Shown: piece after piece, positions 13,401 to 25,400 of the stretch
Layout: each line of letters begins with the position of its first letter
How positions within the stretch are numbered: the first letter of the stretch is position 1
NCBI GenBank assembly: GCA_002633005.1
Contig: NMRA01000309.1
Location: forward strand, 281,333 to 345,332
Source: Phoronis australis
Taxonomy: Eukaryota > Animalia > Phoronida
Direction: 5' to 3'
DNA: 64,000 nucleotides
The notes under the pieces: generated by a model
Told to the model about the DNA's origin: nothing
The model's input: the letters and a program-made list of their open reading frames with translations, nothing else
The model's database searches: none
Program-made: the position numbers and the translations under genes

Positions 13401-16400
13401 TTGTCCTGTCGTGGATGCAACTTGGAATGGCTGCTTTTCCTTCTACTCAATGCTTATCAAACCAGCCAGGTGAGTATGTAGCGTCATCCAGACAGGGCAA
13501 CATGGCTACCATTCTGTTCAGCTGGCTAACTGCTTGTTCAGTGCATGACTTGCATGCTGGGGATGACATGTGCCCTTCTTGCTATTGTTTGCAGCCGCGT
13601 CGAGTGCGACGCGAACCCGTCGCGAGCAGCGACGCGAACGGCAGCGTTCACTGCTTGTTGAACAAGAAGCTGCCAAGGAAATTGCTGCTAAAGTGCAAGA
13701 GAACTGTCGTGTCGAGGAGAAGCAGGTTGAACGATGGTCAAACGATCGCAAAACAGAGTGCGGCGATGCAGAGACAAAGACTTTAAAAACTGAGTGCAAT
13801 CTTAAACAGCAGAATGGCCACACGGACTCCCGAGTGTCAGCCACGAGTGTGGACTCGCGCGACAGTGGAAGTAGTGCAATTACGCCAAGTTTCGTATGTA
13901 CAGTAAGCGACAGTGATGGTCTAGGTAAGAGCTGGGGTGTCCGTCGTGTGCTCGGATATCTGTCTGGGCCAGGCTTATCACTGTAACACAGCTGTTAACC
14001 ATGCTAGCTTTGATACAACTAATGTACTGTACCGCATGCTTCTTACTAATAGGGGGTCTCTCTCCCGTAGCAGTGTGTGACGGGACAACATTCTGAGGAC
14101 AGATAGTTCACTGGGTTATATAGCCGTATCATTCTCCCCAATATTAAACTGAAGCCCATTAGTAAACCGGGTAGAAACTATTTTCTTGTGCTCAAGTAGG
14201 GTCAACATTAATTATGATGATGGCAGTTAAGTTGGTTTATTGTTCTTAAAACTATAGCTGTGTTCAGATTAACTAAACCCTGTTGCAACTCTTTGTATAG
14301 TTGACACCATTGTCACCTACTGAGTTACAACTTTTGCAACTGTTGTGCTCACACAGAGTTACACTGGTTATAATATCTCGCTAAACTATTATAATGGAGG
14401 GTTACGACCATACTACACTTACAACTAGTGATGGACGAATATGACGTGCATGCATTTTGAGAACCAGTTTTCTCCACTGAATAACGGGCATCAGACTTGT
14501 TCTCAAAATATAGGCACGTTATATCCGACCATTGCACTTACAAACTTTTAAAGCCCGTTTTAAAATGTTCAGACCGAGAAGTACAACATTTAATGTGTTT
14601 TATAAGTGTGTTGGTGTGAACAGGGTATATCTCTCTCGTGTGTGGATCTCAGGAAACAGAATCCCATTTATACTTTGCTCTATAAGTTATGTACTGATAT
14701 CTTTACCATGACTTAAGTCTTCTAGTGTAATTATTAGTGATGGCTGTCCATGGTAGTCAAAACATTTTGGAACAATGTGTGTTCAATTGTGAAATTGAGA
14801 TGAAGGCAGTTTTCATTGTGTTGGCTTGTTTTGTGACTAATACTGACGTTATTGTTTTAGACGACTCTCTTGTTGGACGCAGGATGAAAAAATATGGTGG
14901 TGCTGAACCACGCCAACATCACGGGTCAGCTGAATCCGGTTACCAGAGTCCGTCAGACACCGCCAACAACAAGCGCGACTCGGGCTATATGAGTCTCGGT
15001 CGCAACCAACAACAACCCACGCTGGAACTCAAGAATAATGCCAAGAACGAATCTCTCAATGCAAGTACGCCAGGTGGGCGCTCGCCAATGGACGTTTCAC
15101 CGAAAACACCAGGAATCTCAAATAACCGCCGGTGGATGCTCTACAGAATGTCAAAGGCGAGTATGGAGGCACCAGAGCAAGATCAGGCAGAGAGTCACAC
15201 GGAGGAGGCACACCGCATCCTCTCACAGCAGGAGAAGTTGGACGATCGCAAAAGTCAGTTGGAGAAACAACAGCAGGATGAGAGTAGCAGGACAAGTCGA
15301 ACGGAAGATCCGCAGAACAAAGGCAATGTACACAGCATCGCGGATAAATTGAAGGCTCAAAAGACGGCATATGGCGTGGCGCCTGAGAGCAGATCACCAC
15401 AGGGTCTTGGTGGCACTGTTTCCTCAGCGAGAGACAATTTGATGAAAAAGCAGCAGCCTGGGAGGGGTCCAGAACGACCAGCACCTGTGCAGAACCAATC
15501 ATCTGTCGTTAAGTCTGAAACGGACCTTATGTGGGACAATATTCATGCAACAATGAGTCGCACTTTGAAAATCCGAGACATGGACTTTACAGATCTGCGT
15601 ATGGAGGACGATCATAACCCTCTAGTGATTGCTGCTCCAACTGTGAGCGGTGTCCCTCCGCCTCCCCCACCAGGTGGTGTACCCCCTCCCCCGCCTGCTC
15701 CACCCGGAGTGCCGCCACCGCCTCCCATGTGCGGTGCCCCTCCACCACCCCCTCCTTCATTTGGTGCGCCACCCCCACCTTCGCTTTCTGGTGCTAACAC
15801 CATCAAGAAGAACAAAAAGACAGTGCGTCTCCACTGGCGTGAAGTGAAAGACAACCCAATGATGTCAACGGCAGTGAACAAGAACACCGGCACCATCTGG
15901 GAGAAACTGACCAAGGTCAAGGTTGACACGGAGAAACTGGAACATCTGTTTGAGAATAGGACGAATGAACTGAAGGCTAAGGTTAGTCGCTCTGTCTATG
16001 CTGGTCTGTCTAGTTACGTCTTGCATTCAGTTCTGGGTTTATTTATAAGCTTGCCACTGAATAACCACCATGGTGTTTGCTGTTGTACTTTAACTTGGGG
16101 TTTTTGGACAATGCCATGAAACCAAATAGTTTTGTGCGTGTAGAATAACATGTTTAATCTAGTTCTTTCGATTTTTTCTCTCTGACTCATGATTACTACA
16201 CAGTTCTTAGGCTTAGACCTCAAAAGGCCCTTTCATATTGACTTAACTCCGGTCTGAGCAGGGCGTTGATGTAAACGGTGCAGTTAACTGGACCGTTCAT
16301 ACGGGCTTCGGTAGTTGATGGGCATCAAAGTAAACGGGAGGTGACGCTGTCATCATCGAAGTTATCACAAGGTAGCGATACACGCTGAAATTTTTTTCAG

Positions 16401-19400
16401 TGTGACAATTTGGGAACATTTACATGTGCTAATTGACATTTAACTTATTTTTAAATCGATTGGTTATTATTAGAGCAAAATATAAGCAGTTATTGGTGAC
16501 GGCACTACCCTGTAATTATTGAGGATAACTGGTGATAACTTCGATTGGACCGACGTTAACCGTTCATACTGCACCGCAGCGTCGTCGCTGCTTTGCTAAA
16601 TCCACCTGTTAACTGCGATGTTAACTGGAGCTGTTAACTTCGATCCAGGACCGGAGTTAAGCGTTCGTACTGACCGCAGCTCTCCAAACCATCGACTCGT
16701 CGACTTTAGTATGAAAGGTCCTAAAGTCTCTTTGGTTGGGTCACACAGTAGTAATTGAACCACAGTTGAGCCCAAAATATAACTTTTTCAGTCCTGGCTG
16801 GAAAGTGTTGGAACTCCTTGAACATACTGTTCGTAGATTAATCATGCTGCTAATTTATGTGTTGTTTTAAACAGATACACATTCTAACATGTTTGGCTTG
16901 CGCCACTGAAATCTTGTCTACCAAGCTGCTGCTTTGTGGCTGTCAGTTTTTAAACTGGTGCTTCATAGAACAGTTCTATAATGCAGTGCTAAGTATGGCA
17001 CATAATTTAATGTAACAGTTTTTTTTGTTTTTTAGACTTTACCACATGTGAGTAAATGTTAGAATCTGGATGTCGAGTTCTGTCAAACTTTTGACCATCA
17101 ACTCTTTCTATATCTTCAGATGTTTTTAATCTTCTTGGAATGCATGTCTCAACAATATATGCTGCACCAAGCTTTATTATCGTTACCATGGCAAATAGTT
17201 GTTGTTCAAGCTTGCTGTTGGCTTCTAGCATTGATACGCGTTAGCAATTGACAAACAACAATTCCTTCTGTCGCCAAGGATGAAGTTGTAATTGTATTTG
17301 GTTGTTTTTATTTTTCATCTGCTGCATGTTGCTGCCTTTGATCGCATGTCTTCGTCTCATAGGACCCGGTAAGTCAGATGCGTGCCCTCCAAGTCTACCC
17401 TTCTCTTTTCTCACCCTTTCTGGGCTCCCTTCTCTCACTCTAGCTACGTCTCGCGTTGTCCTTGCACCGTGTTCCATTGCTGTTGGTCTAGACGACAGAC
17501 TTGTTCGTTCGGGGCCCCACCCCTTCACGGTGTCTTTATTTGCTTGCTTGGTTATTGACATGTTAACCTTTCAACTTTGCAAAAAGATTCTAATTATGGA
17601 AATTAATTGATTCGTCTAATAGGGAACAACTGACTTGATGGTTTGTTAAAGCTGCATTAATTCTGTGTTCTGTCAAGTGAGCGATCTTTTGATTTAGACC
17701 ACTTACCGCTGTAAAAGAGGTTTCAATATGTTCTTTACTTGGGTGAGAAGTGAGTTTGGTGACTATGTCTTCTTAGTAAATTTAGCAAAAAAGAAAGATA
17801 CATTCATGACAAAATAATGTCATCAGTAACAAACTTCGTTTGATATTTCTGTTCAATGATCTCAAAAATGCTGTAACATACAGTTTTCTAAATTGTCATT
17901 TCGTTTTCGTTTTATGCAACTTTTGGAAATTGTAAAAGTCCTATTTTTGATTGTCCCTCGTGCAAAAAGGGAGCATTTTGAAAACAATTCTCAACAGCGT
18001 GTTGGAAAAGTGTTTTAGCATAGTGTATGAAGGTTTCATATGAATCTGGTCAGTCATTCCTGAGATATTGTGTTCTGATATTAGCCAAATTTGGCCATTT
18101 TTCTAGGCTTGTACGTGTCACAATAATGGTTTAGTGGAAGCACAAAGACCATTTTCTTTTCCTGTTCTCTTCACTGTGTCCATGTGGTGTGACCTGCACA
18201 GATATCCTCTCACTGCTGTCACTTCCCATCTATTTTTCTCACTAAAAATAAGTTTCCTAGACCAGCACCTTTGTTATCTTCAGACACCTAGCCTGTCTTT
18301 CCTGTCGTATTTAGTTTTCTTGTCTTCTGACTGTACTCTTTCTAATATCTTTACCGTGAAGTTCTCTTGTTAAGTCAGTTTTCGTCACACAGTTGTTTTC
18401 TTTTAATCCATGCATTTTTATGGTTTACGCTTCGTGAAAATAGCTTGCTTCATTGTTGGTGAAATTAGCATCTCGCCAAACTGTCACGTGTACACAGCCA
18501 TTATTTGGGAAGTGTTCTAACACTTCACACGAACTTGCAGGCATTGAAGGTTTGAGAAAAGCTTTACCGGTCTGTACAAATTGAGCTATATGTGCCAAGT
18601 TTTGTAGCACTCTTCTTTTGCATTCATTTGATTACTGGTACTTACACCTCTGTGTTGTTTGCATTGGGTTTTAATCTGATTAGGTGGGGGTGCATTGTGG
18701 GACTTCTTTCACATGCCATCCATGCTGTGGAACTTGAGTTTGTGAAAGTGGTTAATGGTGCGTGTTAAATTAATTGAACCAAAAGGCTCTGAGCCCTGTT
18801 TCAAAGTAATGAGAAAGTTAAGAACTAGCCTGAGTTGGAGTATGATTGCAGAATCTTAACCAAATTGTCAGATGTGGTGAGCTGTAAGTTGGCAATACTG
18901 GCACTCGCCTGTCAACGTCTGCAGTCGTCGAACCTTTAGATGGGCTATTAATGAACACACAAACAAATTAAAAAAATTGCGATTTTTTCAGTCAAATGGT
19001 CCCTAAGTGTTGCCTGTTTCTTCATTGCCCGTTTATTTCTACTGTAGAAAGCAACAGAAGGCAAGAAGCAAATCACAGTTCTGGATTCAAAGCGATCTAA
19101 TGCAATCAACATTGGCCTGACTGTTCTACCTCCTCCGAGGACCATCAAGAATGCCATCTTGAAAATGGACAGTACTATCATGAACCGAGAGGGGATTGAG
19201 GTTGGTGATTAATAGTGTATTGCAGCTCCAGCTATTGGCCATTTTTAAAAATACTCATTCTTGCAAATATAGAGTAAAAATAGTCTCATCGCAGCTCAAG
19301 TCCTAGAAATGTCCTAGGACCACACCAAAAATCTTTCTTGTTTAGTGACCTTTCAAGCTCAATGTATTCTTTTTTGGCCTAGTCAATTCCCTGATTCATG

Positions 19401-22400
19401 GTACACTTTTTGACCTGAAGTGCTCCATAGTTAGTGTTCTGTAGATCAAGTTTCTTGCAAGAAATGCTAAATCTTGCAAATTCTTGCAAGCGAGGGACAG
19501 GCAACTGTTTCACGAGTGTGGTCAGGAGCTTATCAGCCTATTCCAGGAAAATGGCTGCCACTGTTGAGATTTGAATGTTGCATTATGGGATTGAATTCAC
19601 AGGTTACATTCAGTTAATGAAAATTCTCTGCCGCAAGTGCAAGATAATGTCTTGTGGTCGGCAGATCGCTGTCCTTGTTCATACCATTCTTTCATTGGCC
19701 TTAATAAGCTCCTTATTTCTTCATCCTCTTATTTTACCGTTGTTAAGTCATTGCACACTTTTGTGGCCTAAATACACCATCTGATTCACCATGCTCTTTT
19801 TTTGACCTTAGTTATAAACTCACTAGCCAGTGGCACTATTCTTTCCCTAGAAAATCTTGACCAACATGATCCCTACAGAGGATGAGAAGACCAAGATCCT
19901 GGAGGCTCAGATGGCAAACCCTGACATCCCGCTGGGCTCCGCTGAACAGTTTTTGCTCACTCTGTCCTCTATCAGCGAGTTAGAGGCACGCCTACAGCTG
20001 TGGGCATTCAAGTTGGACTATGAGAACTTGGAGCAGGTCAGTAGTGCTGTTACATGTTCATATCATCAAGGTTCCTTTTGGAGAAGTGAGTGAATTTGCC
20101 CTAGACTGAGGCATGCATGCTTGTACATTTTTAGTCATCACAACGCTCTCACGGGGATTGTATTGTGCCCGTGGCTTGGGACACTCGACTTAACCAGAAA
20201 TTAACCCTGATTCATGTAGATAGCTGCTCGAATGGGCTTGCTGTCTCATTAATGATTTGTGATTTCGATTTAAAGTGACAAATTGTCATTTGTGTGGCAA
20301 CAATTCCTTCTTTTCTTGTAACATGATTTCTTATAGCTGTTATTATTTTGTGAACATTGATTGCCATACAAATTCTTTGATATTACTTACAGCTTGTACA
20401 ATGTAATTTGTGCATGAAAAGTTGTTCCATTTGACAGCTTGACTGACACAGCATGGCTGTTTTGGTTACCTTCTCTATTGTGGTTTACAAAATTCAATCG
20501 GTTTGTTATGGCAACTAATTGTTTCCATGGGATCTCCATAGTGTACTTATAGTTTCATGGAATTCTTTCAACCAAAATTTAGTATAGTGAGATTTTATAT
20601 TTACTTGAAGACATAAGATTTTTATTTTATCCCTCTTTGTTAAGTAACACGTACCCTTTATATTTTTGTCTGATATTCCTGTTATTGTTATTGTATACCC
20701 TTTGAAGTATGGTCCCTTTGTTTTTACTAATTTGCTTGACATTTTATGTTGCATTATAGGGTTCATGGCAGGTAACTATATGAGTTCAGCGCGGCCAGTT
20801 CTCTCTGTAAACTTTTCTCCTAGCTTAACTGGTACCTCTTCTGTCTAGAGACTCGGTGACATCTGTCGTGTGGTGATTAAAGTTGCCTGACAATGTGTAT
20901 GCTAACAGAACAGTGTATGAAGATGGTGAAAATAATGTGGCTAATGATGGCGTTGCATTCAAATACCTAACAGTTTGATAACATTGCTTGCCTTATGTCC
21001 AAACTCAGATATCACACTGGATAATTTCAGGTTGTTTGTTGTTTATTTGTCACCAATTTTATCAGCATATAGAAGTGTGCATTTTGCTCAAAGTCTGCCA
21101 CATTTCCTTTGAAATCTTACACAGTTTGTACTTGTGTTTTACTCAAAATGCTCTTTTTAACATTTCTTTTGACATTTGTTGCTCTGCTCGACCAAGATAC
21201 ATGTAGCACATCACATCACGTCAAGTTCTGCTTTGTGATGTTTGTGAATTTTGAGTCTCTCATTGTGGTTGTTGGTACTATCGTCTTTCCATAGAGGTTT
21301 AGCGCTCCATAGCTTCCATTGGCCGTGTTTTGATCGCTATTACCTTTAGTTGGATATTCATCGTTATTTCCCCTGAACTCTCATTTTCCATCATTGAGAA
21401 CATCCATGCATGTCTGTGTACATATTTAGTTGTAATAATTATTGTGAGTCGTTCTTGCCTCCTGAGCATTCTGTGTTCACTAATTGTGAACAGCAGTGTT
21501 TTGTGTAGTAAACATATCCCTGCCTGTCTTATTGTGTACTATTAGAAGTTTATGTTTGTGAGTAGTAGCAGCGATGAGCTTTGGGAGTTGGGTGTGAGCA
21601 TTCGTGTGCTACCAACTACAGCCGGAGATCACCAAGCTTTCTACAGATTTTCCTCGAAAATGGCCTTTTGTGTGGCATTCTTTTACTATACTCAAACTTC
21701 TTGAAGGCTGTTTGTTGATTTTTGAGTTGAGATATCAGTAAAGTTTGGTGGTCTCAGGCATAGATATCACTCTTGGTAGCTGTGTGACTCAATACTCACT
21801 GAGTGTGAACGTCTGCTGCGATGCTCACTGAATGAACATTTGTGCTCACTGAATGTGAACATCTGTGCTCACATACTCATTGAATGGTAGCATTTGTTCT
21901 TACTGAATGTGAACTTGGTGTTCACATATTCATTGAATATGAACATCTGTGCTCACTGAATGTGAACATCTGTGCTCACATGATCAGTGAACATGAACAC
22001 CTGTGCTCACATGCTCATTGAATATAAACATCTACTCACAACCTTAACCCTTTAAGCCTACCCCTACTGTTTCTTACTTTTGTGTGTTAGCTGTATATTT
22101 TTTAACAATTTACTTTTTGTAATTTAAACTGCCATATTATGTTGCATGGTTTGTCTTTTTGTTAAGGAAAATAAACTTTTTTAATAAAAAATATCTGTGT
22201 TAAATCAGGTAGATGCTTTCACGCATACCATCTTTGTTTCAGTTTTAATTTTGATGTGAAAAATTGTGAATCACTTTCTGGGCCGTAATAATGCGTTTTG
22301 AAAAGAAATTGTTTATTAACTATATCTGGTGTAAGCCAACTAAACTCAGGATGCAAAATTTTATTTAATTCTTTGAGTTGCCCCCTATGATAATAATTAA

Positions 22401-25400
22401 AATAAATTGAAAAGGTTTTTATTCACATTGCTCTGGGTAATTTCAAAAATATCAATAATTATTGCTTTCCAACTAATTTTTATTTTGAAATTTGAAAGTA
22501 TGTTTATTTCCCTTGACATTTGTCCATTGTAACATGATTAGGTCTTAGACATGATGTTATGAATTAATGCAGTCCCCATGTTTAAACTGTTTTTAATCTT
22601 ATGCAGTTGCCGAAACATACATGCCTATTGATGTTAAGTGTTGATTAACACTTATTATAATGTTGAGTGTTAATTACCCCTTGTTCTAATTTTTTGCACA
22701 TCCACCCTGGTTGGTAGTCCCCCATTGTTTTGTGGTAATATTGGATTCATTCACTATCTAATCATTCACTGACCTATTACGAGACATTTTAGTCCACATG
22801 TGTGGTGACTGTCACATCCTTTTGATTGGCTGTTGTAGGATGTCACATCCTTTTGATTGGCTGTTTTAGGATGTCACATCCTTTTGATTGGCTGTTGTAG
22901 GAGATAGCAGAGCCACTTATGGATCTGAAGAAAGGAATTGAAGATCTCAAGGTCAACAAGACATTGAAATGCATTTTAGCCATGCTGCTGGCTATTGGCA
23001 ACTTTCTCAATGGTGCAGTGGTAGGTTGAATACATTACAGCAATACTTAGAGTGTCGTATCTGGGTTTCATGTCTAAAAATTATCCTTAAAACTGGTTCA
23101 TTGATTTGGCTATATTTTGAGAGTGATCAGTCTTGAAATGTCGCTGTCCTTTTGTGTCTTGTCTTCTGACGTATTGTTAACAGTTATATAACTGCACACT
23201 AGTGTGAAATACAGAAAAAAATTTAAGTCAAACACTGGAAGTTGCTTACTTGAGTTAGCGACGTTATGACCATCCATCACGTCTTGGCTAGTTATGTTAT
23301 TGTTCTGGCCAATAGGTGGCATTTAAACTAGAGGACGCAGTGTTGCTAACTCGAGTAAGCAAATTCTAGTGTTAACGTTTTTTCTGTATTTTGTTACCTC
23401 AACTAGACGTCGTAAAACTTTCATGCTTTTACCTGAAGTGTGACGTGGATGATCAGATTGCATGAACTGCCATAGACAACACTAGTGGTATTTTATTGGC
23501 AAAATGAGCGGCTGGCAAATTACTGAATTGGTTTTTGAATAGTTGGCGTCAGCGTGTACCGACCGCGGAGTAATTCGCAGTGTTCCACAGAACAATCTTT
23601 CTGTTTCCATGGCCAGAAAATCTGCATCAGTTATTAGGGATTCTTACAAACATAGCTGTGTTCACATGGTCTGTCTGTGTCCACATGGTCTGTCTGTGTC
23701 CACATGGTCTGTCTGTGTCCACATGGTCTGTCTGTCCACATGGTCTGTCTGTGTCCACGTGGTCTGCCTGTGTCCACATGGTCTGCCTGTGTTCACATGG
23801 TCTGTCTGTGTCAGGCCTTGGAATTTTCCGCGGAAACGCGGATTTCCGCTTTTTTCAAATGTTGTGTCCGCGTATTTTATTATATTTCCGCGTTTCGCGT
23901 AAAAAAAATCGGATTTGATATAAAATTTCCGCGGCAAATTTCTTTCTTACCGTCGCGTTGCCGACGACTTTCACCTCGAAAAGCGGAAGTTGCTCTTTAT
24001 GTTTCGGAGGAACGTAAATTGTCAACATTGCCGGGGCATCTGGGATAGCGTGGTGGATTTCCTCAATGGCGNTTTTTAGTCCTCTTGAGTTTTGTCGGCA
24101 AAAGGTCCACACCGACTTTTTCAAGGCTGTCTGCGCGCATGTTTCGGGCCGTAAAAATTTCCGCGTTTTTCGCCATTTGTCATTCGAAGCCCTGCTGTGT
24201 CCACATGATTTGTCTGTGTCATGGGAATTGACTTAAGCCTTAAGTTAGACAGTTTTACTCGCTCGCACTTCACAATAACTGAAGAAAGTTTTGCCAATTC
24301 TAAGTATTAGCACATCACGGTGTAGAAAGGATTAATTAAAACTGAGATAAGTGAGATAAAAAGTTTATAGTCGTGTGGCATGTAAAATGAAATTTCTGCT
24401 GTAAATCTTTTGTCACTTTTCATGAAACCGACTCCTGTATGCATTCAGTTTGATTAATGAGAAAGTGCAGAGCTGGGTATGTTCTACAAACTTGGCATTG
24501 ATGTCTGTTAATGCATCTGTCATACTTGTTAATATGTGTCCATGTGTTTTCAGTCGAAGGGCTTTCACATTGACTATTTGGCACGTGTTCCTGAAGTGAA
24601 GGACACAGTGCATAAACACTCTCTCCTCCACCACCTGTGTAGTATGGTGATGGAGCAGTTCCCAGACACCTCCGACCTGCACTCAGAGATGGGCACCATC
24701 GCTAGGTGTGCAAAGGTAAGAGATGACTGATATGAATCAGCCAGTATTCACCTCTGTGTTTTGTTCACTACAATCTTACATGTTAGCTATATATTTCTCT
24801 GCTTGACTGTTCCAAGAGTTTGTTTTGATTGTCAAGTTCCACAAAAGCTCATCCATGCTTTTGTAGTCGGTCATTTTTGGCCAGTTTTTGTTTTCTACTA
24901 ATTCCATATTTTAAGCCGTATTGGAACTCTCGTTATGGTCAATGTTTTGGAACACTTGGATTTTTAGTTATTAGGCAAAACGTTCTAAAACGTGACAAAA
25001 ATGTGGAAGCGATTCCTCCGTTGTCTAAAAAACATTCCTCAGGGAGGGAGTGTAGTGAACTGTAGTCTATGAGCGGAATGTCGACAATGGGAAATTATTG
25101 AAGTGTTAGGAGCATGAGGCAGTAATTTTTTTAATCTCTGTTACACAAATGTCATCTACGGTATTCAAGGCCTGCGGAGCTAATTAATATGTACATCCTG
25201 CGCTGTGGAGAAGTGACGTCCACGGCCAGGCTGGTGGCCGGGCTCCAGAAGTACGGCTTCTATGAATGTTTCAGGTTGAATGAAAATTCTTCAGTTTAAT
25301 TTGAACTCATTAATACTAATATTATACTATTTGGCAACGTATCAAGTTTTCTTTGTGAAGTTATTTCCCCACCAATTGGTATTCTATAAGAAATAGGCCG

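Noticed and set aside
15038-15929. Alternative-frame and antisense ORFs over the FH1 exon (Gly-rich)
   Set aside because: Shadow frames of the GC-rich polyproline coding sequence.
23543-24124. Several overlapping Cys/His-rich ORFs ([13 protein letters not shown]...)
   Set aside because: Translations of the 19-bp minisatellite and the inserted MITE.
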